Positions 13,535-26,015 of a DNA stretch of 64,000 bases are shown piece after piece (within the stretch, counting starts at the first letter, position 1; each line of letters opens with the position of its first letter). Below the pieces are notes generated by a model. The model was given only the letters and a program-made list of their open reading frames with translations. It had not been told where the DNA came from and ran no database searches. The DNA is from Eutreptiella sp. 'Long Island Sound 2002' (taxonomy: Eukaryota; Protista; Euglenida). Made by a program: the position numbers and the translations under genes. The stretch is taken from positions 18,166,001 through 18,230,000 of the forward strand of contig OZ038378.1 of assembly GCA_964036045.1 (NCBI GenBank), read 5' to 3'.

Positions 13535-13715
13535 TGCCATGATCAAGGGGATGGGCAGGCTGATCAAACTCATTGATCAAGCCAATCGATCATACGCTTT
13601 CACCATGTGTCCCCCCAAACAAACGCTTGATCAATACCCCTTGCTCGAGCCCTTGACCACCCCACTTCATCAAGCCCCCACTTAATCAAGCCTCTTGATC
13701 ACACGCCTTGATCAG
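13535..13715. repeat. TGATCAAG-rich low-complexity repeat
   Basis: About ten variants of (t)tgatcaag in 180 bp. Confidence 0.7.
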
Positions 13716-16446
13716 GCTACTGGCTCCCATGGGGAAATGAAGCAACGGATACGGAGCTACCGAATGCCCCTGTGTCACAGGCATGCGGTCATCACCATCA
13801 AGCCAGTTCGGAATGTTGCCGTGAGCTCACCCTGCCGAGCTATCAAATGATTCTTGGACCGGCTCCGTGAGGGAAGGCGCCAAATTCGCGAAATGGGTGT
13901 AGATCGTCCCCCTGTTGTAAGCATCTCGTGCACTGGACCTCATATTCTTTGTTTTTACCTTCCCTAACTGGTTCGTTTGGGGCACTGGTCAGCCCAGCCT
14001 GACCCATCCACCCAACCCCAGGGGAACAATTTTCCTCAACAGGGAAATGAAAATTATCAATTGGGCCTCACATTTAAGTCCAGTTGCAGGCACACAAATT
14101 TTTCTGGCCTCGACATGCCACTAGGCCAATAGCCTGGCCTGGATCATGCCCCTCAGTCAGTGGGATGCAACACACAGAAGCGCTTTTGGCGACATGTCAT
14201 GCACAGTCTTGAACAGCACCGCATGCACCACAGGGTCAGTCCGCCATTTGCACTCCCCAGCATGGCATTCCCCTTGCCACTGGCGGGTCTGGCCACGTGG
14301 ATACGAGGGAGACATGCCACTGCAGCGCTGCAAATAAAGCTGTCCCCGACCCCTGAGGTCATATTTTTTTCGCATGATCCCCATCATTTCCCCCAGACCC
14401 ATTGAGCCATACTGCCCCAGGTGATGTCACGAATGTGTGTACGTGTCGTTACCCCCCCCCCCTCCCTGCAAGGCCAACAGTAAAAGCACTGACAATGAGG
14501 GGAACATCAACTCCTGTTGTTCTGATATGGGCGTCATTTGCGCACACCCCGAGAAGACACAAGCAGTGGCACCACCTCAGCGCAGGCCATGTATGATGAC
14601 CTGCACGCCTGGACATGTGGCAACAATTGGCAGGACAGTCATCAGCAGCCCCAAAATACCATGCTCAGCCCCAAATCACAGAAAAACGTGATCTTCATGG
14701 ACAACCCGACACTGGGACCGCCAAGTTCCATGGTTCCAAAGGTTGCGGAAGCAACACCACGTGTTGTTCTGATGAGGGCGGTCTCCCAAGGGGTGGGGTG
14801 GGGGTTTCTGGAGGCAAGGCGGAAGAGGGCGTGCCAGGGATGCCAGGGTGTCTGAGAGAACCTGCAATCCCAGCAGTAGGAACACCGTCGCGCACCAGTG
14901 GTGCAGCTGTCTGATTGCGATTGCTTGGCTCCGTCCCTTGAAAGTGCTCTTGTCCTCCAACTCAACGATGAATGATTCAGACTCAGACGCTTGCCCCTGT
15001 TGGCCGGCGCTCGCCTCAATCTGTCCTCCACCATCAGCGGGTGAGAAGCTGTTACGCACACGGGGCAACACTGCATTGGTGGCAGGCATCGTGGAAGAAT
15101 ACAGCAAAAGGCTTCCTAAGATGTAAAGGCATTCAAGACTCCTTCCTGTTCGGAGACCTGGACAGCTGGCTCACTATGAGAAGACTGTTTGCACAGCACC
15201 AGCACAGAGCATGTGGGGGGCTTCAGTTCCGTTTCAGACCCCAACCCCCGCGGCGTGGGGAGGGGGGGGAGGGGTCAACTTTGTTTTCGGGCATTTGGAA
15301 ATTCCCTGTTGTACACTATGAGGCTTGCCACATACCACAAGGGGCCCCACAAAACACAACAGGTGCTGTCGATGATCCCCTTCACAGAGATGGCATGCAA
15401 TTAATCGTTTTCCCAGGCAGCCTGCCTCCGTGCTGTAATCTCATTTCCACCAGTGTGCCCACTGTTGCAACCGTGACACTGAAACTGCCAGAACATTCAA
15501 ATTTTCGATGACATCATCCCCCCCCCGTGCACAGCGACCAGCAGTGTTTCCCTGTCTGGCCGGTGGGTGGTCATTGGACAATGTTTTGAAGCAAAAAAGA
15601 GCCGTTTGAGCAGGGGCACGTCCGCAGATACACTGGCGGCGGCACAAAATGCGGTGTCTGAGCAGTGGTTGGTCATTACGCAAGGTGGTGAGTAATTCAA
15701 CAGACACAGCAACATCATCCATCTGCCACGCTGTGCTCCCTCCCCAGTAATGTATGCCTCCAGATTCCCCGTGTGGTGGTGGCGTTGTGTGTTCAGTGTG
15801 GCATTCATCGTTGTTTCCGTTTACATCTTTCCCTTTCAGCGCTTTCTGGGCCACAGAAAGGGGAGGGGGGCTTACATGTCGGGTGGGACCCCCCCCCCAC
15901 TTCAGAGCCCTTCAACCCACACCAACGGTGAACAATGAGGAACAACCAACTTGGGTTCCAGTGGCACCCGGAGAATCTTTTTGGCCTCTGTGGACTGGGG
16001 CACAGAAACCCCGGCCCCCTATTTCCCCCATTTAAGGTGGATGGTCGAGGGGATTTTACCGTAGATTCAAAATGCCCAGAATGCAGACCGTTCTAATGCC
16101 AGGAGACTTGTGGTGTGGACACCATTGTAATGTACGAGGATCCTCGCAGTGCTCGAGGACACACGTGATGTGTGGACTCTGTGGCAGACGTGGGCTTCTT
16201 TCGTATGTTGTGAACAGCAGCTACCAGTAGCTACCACGGGAAGCATGAAAGCACCCATGACGGCCCTGCCACACACCAACCCTTGGAAAAGGCAACCACT
16301 ACGGCACAAGCAAACATAAGTCCAAGCACAACATCATAATTTGTAAAGAGTCATCTGATGGTCACATGCCCCTGCCTGTCTGACGGCCTGACGAGTCTGA
16401 CACACCGGCCTTCTGCTCACTCACTGCCCTGTTTGTCTTCTTCATT

Positions 16447-16540
16447 GTGAGTGTGTGAGTGTGAGTGTGTGTGTGTGTGAGTGTGTGTGTGTGAGTGAGT
16501 GAGTGAGTGAGTGTGTTTATGTGTGTGTGTTTGTGTGTGT
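16447..16540. repeat. (TG)n/(TGAG)n microsatellite
   Basis: Directly visible. Confidence 0.95.
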
Positions 16541-16954
16541 GACACCCAACGTATTCAATCAAAGCTCAAACTGCGAGGTTTAAGATTCCTACCTCCTACC
16601 AATCATCAGCGAAACCATGAGTTCTGGAGGGCCTCGCTGGCAGACCTTGCGACTAGCACACTGATGCACAGCTTCGGGTGCGGTTCAAGCCTTAGGGGCA
16701 GCAATGCAAGCATGATCCCCGGCGTGCTCATCCGCCCCCCGCCGCCAACAGTTGCAAACTTGGTTAATCGCACAAACGCCGCAGCGAACAAACCAAACTG
16801 AGCTGCTGATTAGTCGAATAGCCGCTGTGCTCGCTTGACAGCTCTAGTGGGGGCCGTCGTCCCTGACGACTGCGACGGTTCCCATGGTGCAGGGTTCTGC
16901 ACCGCTTGCTCTATTACCGCGAGCCAGTCTGAGTGCGTGTACCACGGCCGCGCC

Positions 16955-17090
16955 GGGGAGGGTGTGAGGGACCTCGCTACCCTTGAGTACATGGAGGATG
17001 CGGGGTTGGGAGTTAGTGACCAAGCCACTAGAGAATAAACCGAGGAGCATGGGCTCGGTGTGAGCGATCTGGCTACCCTTGAATACACCG
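16955..17090 (+). repeat. 51-bp tandem repeat x3 with 17-aa coding register (GLGVSDLATLEYxEDx)
   Basis: Plus frame reads GEGVRDLATLEYMEDA GLGVSDQATRE*TEEH GLGVSDLATLEYTDNA. One unit has a stop. Confidence 0.8.
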
Positions 17091-17479
17091 ACAATGCTAG
17101 GTGTCTAAGTCAGACACCAGAGAATATTGGGGAATCTGAAGCCGATGCCGGCGCCACTAGCGCCATGAGCAACAGATACTGGGCTCACACATGCCCAGTA
17201 TTGTGGGTCACTGGCTCGTTTCGCCCCACACGAACCGCTACCTCGTGCAAAGAGCAACAAACGACATTTGTATAGCGCCTTGTCTTGCACGATCTGGCGC
17301 TCAAAGCATGGACGGTTTGATGGAACAACTTAGTGCAGTAGTTCAACTCAAGAGTATCACGGACTCGGCTCAAAACCCCTAGACAAGGGGCCCCGGGGCA
17401 CAAGCCGCAGCTGCTTGGTTAGGTCAGACCGCTAAATCTCCTCACCGCAAGCGCGCCGCGCCAAGTGCCCCCCCCCCCC

Positions 17480-17620
17480 CCCGTGACACAGGCATATGGT
17501 CATAGCCACAATTCACAGTACATTGTTTTGCCTTGCTACACTACACTCCACAGAGCACGGGTTCGAACCGGCTAACCGGCGCCTATGGGAGGGGGAAGAG
17601 CTTACCCAGACAGCCCATGA
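17480..17620 (-). mobile_element. Possible tRNA-derived SINE head
   Basis: B-box GGTTCGAACCC on the minus strand (17569-17559), with an A-box-like TGGGCTGTCTGGGTAAG starting about 48 nt upstream. Confidence 0.4.
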
Positions 17621-18779
17621 AACATTCAACAGCCGTCTTGTGCAGGGACCTGTGTGCTGTGTGTGTCCGGTGTGCTACTTTGCCATCACTGTAGTAACTG
17701 TTTTCCAAGCCACCCGCCCCCAAAACTCATTTTACCTCTTTGCTTGATCGAACCACCGACCAGCATGTATCACTTGCCGAAGACCAAAGGCAACGCCGGT
17801 CCCACCGCCTCCGTGGGAGGCGGACCTGGCTTCCAACCCGGAGAGCCATGCACCGCGTGTGCCCAGTGCATTTCACGTATGCTCCTTTCCTTGGCCGAAC
17901 ATGAGTGACATGGGGGAGATGGAGTACACACTTGCTCTCTTATGGATAGTGCTCAAGCGAAGCGCAGATAGTGACCACAGAACAATCAAGGAGGAAGCAG
18001 AGAGATGCGGTGAGTTGTGGCACCACACAACCTCACCGGCATAGCCACCACTCCGCCCTTTCACGGACATCAAGAAAATTACGCCAAAATGCCAAAACAA
18101 GAACTTACCCAACTCCACTAGATGGGAATAGGAAGTGCCCAGTGGGAGGGAGATATCTATGGTCCACGACACTAAACCGACCCACTACCAGCCTCTGGGG
18201 TTCAAACCTACCCCCGTCAATCCCAAGGCCGGGTGCATAGCCAATATGATACTACAACACTGTGGCAATTATCTACTGCATTATCCCAATCAGCGCCACA
18301 GGTGCCAGCAAATGGGACGTTCAGCGCGCCCCGACCATCCTTGGGGTCCAAACCCCCGACGAAAGGAATCTACGTCCTATGCATTACTGATTCACTATCA
18401 TCGGCAACACCGGGTGCGCTCAAAACCGACACACACAAGAAGGCCAGCCGGGTTCATGTAAAAGGCAAGAGTCCCTCCATGTCTTGTTGTGTAATGTGAT
18501 CCTCATGCTCATAGTGTTCCGTTGTGAATGGCAAAAGTTGCGCTGGGCCGGAGTGCCCACTGGTGGCTTGCCTCTCGTGAGGTTCCGAAAGCAAAAGACA
18601 GAATCGTATCACCCCCCCTTGTATAAGCTACGCCAAAGTCCCAATTAATACGGTCGGGCGTACCTTGCGCACGACACATGCAACCACCGACACACACGTA
18701 AGTGAGCGCATAGTATGAGTGCACCTCAACCTCCACCCATGTTCCCAAAGGCATGCAAATACAAGAAAGCTGGAAATTC

Positions 18780-19120
18780 AGGTTCCCACCCATGTTCTCA
18801 CAAGCATTGAAGCATGAGAAGTCTATAAATGTTCGTCTTGGAAACCCTTCTTACGATCATACACCATGGGGGACAACCGCACATGCTCACCACTTGAAGA
18901 TGCCTTTGAAGATGCCTTTGCCTTAGGTTTAGGGGCTGGATTGGGCTGAGGCAACTTCAAGTTTTTGGGAATGAAATTGCCTTGCATGTGGTCTCTTGTA
19001 AAATACAACTTCCCATCAAAGACATGGGCCATTCCCCACACACCGCGGGCAGCCTTAGCCCAAACAAATTCAGTGGAAGCATCATCGGACTCACTAGAAT
19101 CATCACTTGAAGAAGAGGAC
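18780..19120 (-). pseudogene. Second, diverged copy of the acidic tract plus VWAKA.RGVWG module
   Basis: SSSSDDSSESDDASTEFVWAKAARGVWGMAHVFDGKLYF...GEHVRLSPMVYDRKKGF aligns by eye with 9570-9930. Confidence 0.6.
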
Positions 19121-19129
19121 TCAGAAATG

Positions 19130-20065
19130 GGGTGGGTTCAAGTGGGCAAACTCTCACAACAAATGTGTCCATGGCTCTATGTGACTGGAAAATTCGTGAA
19201 ACCCATGTCTTATGTGGTTGCACTAAGTTTGGTACCGAATTAAAATTACGTACCAAATTAATACGGTCCCTACGCCTGCTGTAGCTTGGACAAGGGCGTA
19301 GCTTATACCACAGGGCCATGAAGCAACGGATACTTGGCTACCGAACGCCCCCGTGTCACAGGCGACCGGTCATACCAGAGGGGGGGGGGGGTTATGCAGG
19401 CTTCCACCCCCACCCTCGTATGCGAGCCATGCATCATGCTTTCAATCTGTCCCATCACCTCTGGTGTCCCACTGATCCACATGTACTGTCCCTCCCCCTT
19501 GGTGCTGACACCCATTGCTATATCCCATGCCCCCCCGCCCCCCCGCCAGCATCACCCGAAAATGTGCTTAGCTAGCGAGCAAGTGTCACATCAATGCCGA
19601 GCTCCTGGAAATGCAACAGCAGAAAGTGCGGGATTCTTGCGGTTTCCCATGGTGTGTTGTAGGGTTTTTCATCGCTGATGCCAAGGCCCAAGTGGTGCTC
19701 GGAGGTTGATGCGGCTTCAAAAGTGAAAAGCCTCACTCAGTCCCGCTCCCCTTCTTGCCCTAGCTATGCAAAAGTAGTACCTATGCATATTGTAGCTTGG
19801 ACAAGGGCATAGCTTGCGCGCGAGAGATACAACTACCGACACACACGTGAGTGGGCGCATGGGGGCATATGGTGCAGAAATATCCCCAAAATCAGAGCTA
19901 TGTGGGTTTAAGTGGGCAAACACTCGCAACAAATGTGTCCATGACCCTATGTAGCTGGCCAAACCCATGTCTTATGCGGCTGCACTAAATTTGGTACCGA
20001 ATTAAATTAGGTCCCAAATTAATATAGTCCCTCCGCCTACTGTAGCTTGGACAAGGGCGTAGCTA
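19130..20065. repeat. Direct repeat pair (~19130-19305 and ~19890-20065)
   Basis: Both share aagtgggcaaac.ctc.caacaaatgtgtccatg...aaacccatgtcttatg.gg.tgcactaa.tttggtaccgaattaaa...tgtagcttggacaagggcgtagct. Confidence 0.85.
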
Positions 20066-20604
20066 AGACGGGCTTCAATTGGTCAGGTGTGGACCCGCCA
20101 CTTATCTCCAGCCGCGCCTGCCTCACGGCCTTCCTTGCCAACTCAGTTCCATGATTGTTCGTGTCACGCTGACAGTGCTTTGCAGTTCGTTCCTTCCCTC
20201 CTCCCTGGATGGGGTAAGAGTCGGGCTGCATCTACCGGGTTCAGGGCATTGTCGCCTTTGGACTGAGTTCGGGGCGTAGCGTTTGATGTGTCCCACTTTG
20301 GCGCCCGGCGTTCCACTGGCATGCTTGCTTGCACTGGCCCCTCTCGGCCACATACCCGTGTTTCGGGTTTACCAGGTCATGGGGGGTGGGGCGGTCAGAG
20401 GTCACCCTTGTGGGCCACTGCCACCGGCCCTGGGCTATTTAGGTCCTTAGGATTGAGAAACCCCAGTGGGTACTGGCTTTTGCGGAGGTCAACATACAGC
20501 CATACAAGGGTTGAGGAAGGCGGGCGGCGCCGTGGCGCCTGCATGTGTGGTCGGTGTGTGCACTTGTGTGTTTGATCCGTGTGCCGGGTGCCGGTGCCTC
20601 TCAG

Positions 20605-20695
20605 AAGGCAGCCGCTCCAGTGGTAGCGCATCCGGAGCGGAGCGGAGCGGAGGTGGTTCGATTCCCGGGATCGGTGGCCTCCCACCGATCCCTTT
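20605..20695 (+). promoter_or_regulatory. tRNA-like Pol III type-2 head (A box + B box) followed by a hairpin
   Basis: A-box-like GCTCCAGTGGTAGCGC (20614-20629) and B box GGTTCGATTCC (20655-20665). An 11-bp stem GGGATCGGTGG/CCACCGATCCC (20667-20692) follows, then TTT. Confidence 0.55.
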
Positions 20696-20914
20696 GAATA
20701 CCGGATGGGGCCTCCCGTCGACCTGTTCGAGTACAGGTGGCGGTGCGCACTGCTGCAGGTGTGTGTGGTTCCCGCGCGTCCCTGTTTTTCTGGGGTTGGG
20801 GCAAAACGAACGAGACCTCCACCCGATCCACCGGTACCGGTGGTGGCGCGAGCTGCTGAAGGGGGGGGTGGTTCCCACGACACCAACTGGAGAGCTCTAC
20901 GTGCAGGGATCCCA

Positions 20915-20990
20915 AGAGCACCAGCTCCCGGGATCGAACCCCCGCACTGGACGACTGAAGACCTACGCTCTCACTATTGGGCCGTGTGAG
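20915..20990 (-). promoter_or_regulatory. tRNA-like Pol III type-2 head on the opposite strand
   Basis: Minus strand reads GGCCCAATAGTGAGAGCG (A-box-like, from 20983) and B box GGTTCGATCCC (20940-20930), about 44 nt apart. The T-stem is broken, so this is not a functional tRNA. Confidence 0.55.
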
Positions 20991-21155
20991 TCTCTTGCCC
21001 TTTATGGGGGTTCTGCCGGCTATGAGTCTAATCCTAAGGGCGGGGGTCGTGTGTTGTAAGGCGTGCCAAACAAAGGGTGGCTGGGATCTGTGGGTACAGG
21101 CTGTGGTTAGGAGGTCAGTACATTCTACATTCAACATGCGGTTTGTTGTTGTGTG

Positions 21156-23050
21156 TTAGGGAGTGAAGCACATTGAGCACGCTGTGCTGCAGGACATCGT
21201 TGAGTCGGTGTCTGCCACTGACTCAGTATCGGAGTTCTCTGCCATCCAGCTGTCCGATAGTGTCCTTTCTGGGGGGGTTCCCCCCCCCTCCATTTCAACC
21301 AGGTTCAGCGACCTCGGCAGGTTGGTTCTGGCACTGGGTGTGAGCGGAGACGGCGGTTCTGGTGTCTGGAAAGTGCACCTGCTGGGCCCTATTACCCGGG
21401 GTGTGTGGTGTACTCCTGACATGGGTGTCGGCTGTGACTGCGGCAATCGTAACGGTTGTGGTGTGTACTTGATTTGGCTTCGTGGTTGTGGTGTGTCGAT
21501 TCTGCGGCACTTGCGTACCATGGCTGGTGTGCACACTTCCATATCCCACAGTGGTGAGTCAATGATTTCCGGACTGGGCATTCCAACCAGCCGCTGTGGT
21601 GTGGCCTGTGGTGTTTTCGGCGTCCGGCAGGGGGTGGGGGGGTGGTCCTCTTCTGGCGGGGGGGGGTTCTTCCTCATAGCCCCAGACTGATGCCTCCCCT
21701 TCCAACAGCTCCCGCTCCTCTTCCTTGTCCTCCCGCCTGGGAGCCACCGATATTCTCCCGAAGAGCAGCGGCGATTTTCTCCTGCCCAGGTCAGCCAGTT
21801 GGTCCGCTTTCTCATTTCCCCGGATTCCAATGTGTGATGGGATGTGTATCCACTTGATTTCTGTGCCATATCGATCTGTGAGCTCCAGGATCTGGGCCCA
21901 CAGGTCTGCATGTGCCACGTCCCCTGTGGTATTTCGCCATTTATGCCGCCGCCACCTTTGAGCCAACCCGAGTACTCCATCTACCACTAGCTGACAGTCA
22001 GGGCAAATGAGTGACCTGGTTCCTGGGACGTGCCCCTGCAGCGCACTGAGTGCTGCTCGGAGTTCCCCTCGGATATTGGTTTGTAGTTCGTCCACAGGTA
22101 AAAATTCTGCCACATCTCTGTGGTCCCCAAAGTACACGCCGTAACCCCCCACCCTCCCCACCTCTGGGTGTTTTTCGGATGATCCGTCTGGATATACAAT
22201 GGACCACGCTTCCTCCACGTGACTGTGTATAATAGATTCATAGTGTGCTGCCAACTCTGCTGCCCGTTCGAACTTTTTCCTTTTTTTGTGAACTGGTTGG
22301 TGGAGTGTGGGCAGCGGTCTGTCTGAAGCCACCCGCACCCTGGGGTGCTCCAACACCGTTGTGGCGTCCATGGTTCTAAGAGCATGGAGTGCCAGGGTGA
22401 TCTCATTCTTGGGGAGGGAGGGGCTGGGGTGTTGTTCCCATTCCGACAGGACTTTGATCCACGTACGCAAGAAGTGGGACCAGGAGGGGGGTGCTGTTAA
22501 CTCCAGGAATTTATGTTTACACCGGACAGCCCATGATGCTCTGACTGCTGACCGGTACACCAATCCTAGCGGCGTTGTCACAGACAACACTGTGGTGTTG
22601 ATCAGCACCTCCCTGGGGTCAACGACCGTTCCCCCTTCGTGGGGGATGGGGCCTATACACTGCACAGCCAGATGGAATGCTGTGGGTAGGAACCTGCATT
22701 CTGTGAGTGCGTGCTCCATTGTCTCCTGTGCTCTGTCCAGGGGGCAGGCGGTTTCTGCTGGCTGCCAATTGGCCAGCCGGCACCCCACTGTAAGCTTTCT
22801 CCAGAGCGCTGTCTGGATGAACACCAGGTCACTCGGGGGTAGGGAGAGTCTGGCCCACGCACGCCATGTGTCTGGTGTCTGTCTCGGGGTCTCAGGGGAC
22901 AGCTGCATAAGGAAACGTAACATGGTCCTTTTGTTCCACTGTAGCCAGAATGCTGGCCGCCCTTCGTCCTCCACGGACCGGGGCGTGCTGGGACGCGCCA
23001 GGTTGGACAAGCTACTTTGGTACACCGGGATCCATGTTCTGGGGAGGTGA
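21156..23050 (-). mobile_element. 5'-truncated non-LTR retrotransposon (LINE): zf-RVT, RNase H and Pro-rich tail
   Basis: In ORF 21559-23151: zf-RVT-like TALWRKLTVGCRL...CPLDRAQETMEHALTEC (~22685-22815). RNase H (~21770-22205) motifs VYPDGS, GVYFG, QTNIRGEL, ICPDCQLV, HIPSHIGIRGNEKADQLA. No RT core is present upstream. Confidence 0.9.
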
Positions 23051-23235
23051 GGGGGGGGGGGGGGGGGTTGGCTGTGTGGGTACGTCGCAAGTGTGCAAAT
23101 TGCCAACTTGACGTGACTACATGAGCTAAAGTGGGTCCAAATGGGCTTCAAAAAGGGGCTTCATTCACATGTTTGTCGACCCTAAATAATTTAGGATCGT
23201 TTTGGAAAAGTGCATTTTCATCATTTTTGCATACA

Positions 23236-23784
23236 ATTTCGCCATGTATGAATCCAAGATAGCATAGTGCACTATTTTTTAATGTCTCTTGGGCTGTCAC
23301 TGCTTGTGACTGCCTGTGACTGCTACAATTGCATTTTGCCAAAAATGATCTTGGACCATTTGTGATGCCCAAACAAGTCGCTTTAGCCTATTTAGCCCAT
23401 CAAAAGGCTGGAAAATCCTTGAAGATGCTCTCAGCATGGCCCATGTTCCTGGCTTTTTTAGACTTCAGAGGGGCCAAAAAGGCTCGAAATGGGCCCAAAA
23501 TGGGCATAATTCCCTTGTTTAGGCACCCAAATGGTCCAAGATCAATTTTGAAAACCGTGTTTTTGACCCATTTTTGACCCATTTTTTGCTTACAAAAAGG
23601 CCCGCCTTCAAGGAGTTTCGAGTCCTTTGGTGGGCTAAATAGGATAAAGCAACTTGTTTGGGCATCACAAATGATCCAAGATCATTTTTGGCAAAATGCA
23701 ATTGCAGCACTCACGAGCAGTGACAGCCCAAGAGACATTAAAAAATAGTGCACTATGCTAACTTGGATTCATACATGGTGAAAT
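23236..23784. mobile_element. Foldback/MITE-like element with ~190-bp inverted arms
   Basis: atttcgccatgtatgaatccaag...gctgtcactgct...ttgcattttgccaaaaatgatcttgga...tatttagccca is mirrored at ~23605-23784, ending cttggattcatacatggtgaaat. No TSD seen. Confidence 0.85.
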
Positions 23785-24289
23785 GGTAGGTGCACTAGCC
23801 AAATCAAAACTGAATAAAACAGAAAGACCTCCAGTGGCCACAGATGCATCATTATATCCATTTTTGTTTGCAACATCGGAATATACCAGGCATATGGAGC
23901 AAAATGAGCAAAGAGTGCGCGCGCTGCAGCGCGCTTACAATCAGGAAAGACGTAAGTGCATTCTCCTACACAAGTACCTAAATTCTCAGCAAAAACAACA
24001 TATCAATCTTGCCCATAACCACCTATGAGTATATGTTTTCATAATTAGAAGAAAATGTATGTCCAGGTGATCCAATGCCTCCAGAAATTGGAAACAGTGT
24101 CAGCACATGGCACTACTGTCATGGCTGCACACAAACCACAGTAATGTGGTGACCACAATTACAATGTATAACGCCTGAAGAAGCAATTATGTGAGCTCTA
24201 CAGAGCGGTCAGGCTGACCAATGCTCTTCTCCGCCAGACTTTCACTCAAACGAAAGTTTTGCCCAGAGGCAAAAATACACATACATACC

Positions 24290-24445
24290 ACACATAAAAT
24301 ACATACAACACAAGCAGTATATACTTGGACACATGCTTACATGCATGCATGAATGCATACACGACATGCAATACAAACATAGGTACGAACGTCGGTACTT
24401 ATCTACAGACAGACAGACAGACAGACAGCAAGACAGACAGACAGT
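24290..24445. repeat. CATA/CATG low-complexity tract and (ACAG)n microsatellite
   Basis: Directly visible. Confidence 0.85.
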
Positions 24446-26015
24446 CAGAGGGTGTTTCTGCACAGTGTTCACACAGCGCGGGCACAGCACCCATTATTCG
24501 GGTAACTTTCCTCGAACCAGCCCCCCAACACCCAGCATGTACAGGTCAAAAGTGATACTTGAAAATCACAAAACGATGCACCATCCAAATGTTATGCAGA
24601 ACGCTAGACAGCAGAAGCGTGAAAATAAATGCTCCACTCGTGCCCCACAGTATCCAGATTTTACTCCCTTGTCTTTGGAGGAATTTTGAAAGGCAAGATT
24701 ACCTCCAGGCCTCTACGATTCTGTTTGCTTTGTGCCATGTACAACATCAAGCAGACCAAGGCACTGTTAAGACTGTGCTGTGGTGGTTGTAAACTAGTTT
24801 GGTACGTAATTATACAAACAAGAATTGGTGACGGGTTGCGAAATTTTTGCAGACACAACAACGGTATTCCACCAAGTGCTCATGGTGGTGGATACTCTGA
24901 GTACAGTATGCCAAAGGAGATAGATCTTGATTAGTCTTGATTAGTCTAAATTGAAGTAGTCGTGTCTCATCCTTAATAGATCCACAATGCGTATGGGAAG
25001 AGGGTCCAAGAAGCGAGAGATAGAGGACATGAAGCAAGATGGCCTCTAAAACGCCCCAAGAGACACATTTCCATGGGTCTATTGAAAAGGGAGGAAGATC
25101 GATGTACAACTTACAGTGCCCTATGCTCCTACCACTCTGCATTTAACTTTGGTTGGGGGTTCTGGTACAAAACAGCTGAATTTGCACACTGCACAGCGTG
25201 ACAACAAGCACAGTGCACCCCCGCCGACAGACAGACCTACACCAATACGTGCATGCATCCATGCAGTGTGACCACACGACGAAGATGGCTTTCGTGCCCT
25301 GCACAGAAGCGATTGTCGATTGATATTGTGGTGCAACTAGCAAACGCGCCCGTGAGCGAATTCTGCACTCAAACTGCGAATGCGAGCTGCTGAGCTGGCG
25401 CATTGAGACAATCCCGAGACTCCAACTCAAAATGAATTGCTCATTGGTATCGCAAACATCGGGCAGCATGCTCGCTGTTTAGTGTTGCCGGACTCCCATG
25501 TCCCATCCCCACCGCAAAAATCAAAATCATCCTCCACATGGCCACAAAACCTCAGACCGAAGCTACCAGACTGCAGCATACAGAAACCTCCTATGGTCAA
25601 CAATGCTCTTTGGGAAAAGTGACTTGTGCTCGTCCCCCGAAACCAAAGGTTTGCCTTAGACCACTGAGGCATCACTTCCACAGTCGGATAGCACACCAAC
25701 ACCTGCTGTCCGGCGGACCCTGGCATGGTCCATGATGCCTGGACATAATGCTCTGCAAATACGTGTGCCGCGGTGCTGTGTTTGGAGCTGGACAACATAG
25801 AATCCGAGTTTCACCACAAAATGATCATATGACCATAGGGGTCATGTTGAGAAGGGTAACGAGTATGGGTCAGCAGAGAGTGTGCACCTAAGAATGAGGC
25901 AGACATCTTAGGGGCCAGGGGCTCTGTCCATCCCCCTTTCCTGCTCCTCACTTTGCTTACAACCTCCCTGGCTGAATGGTGCATGTTTCGATGCATTTAC
26001 ATGGGTATGCTACTA

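Noticed and set aside
15500-15810. Ulp1-like protease remnant
   Set aside because: Resemblance requires switching frames, and no catalytic HW or QxNxxDCG motif is visible.
20605-20990. Functional tRNA genes
   Set aside because: Acceptor and T stems do not pair properly; only promoter boxes are retained.
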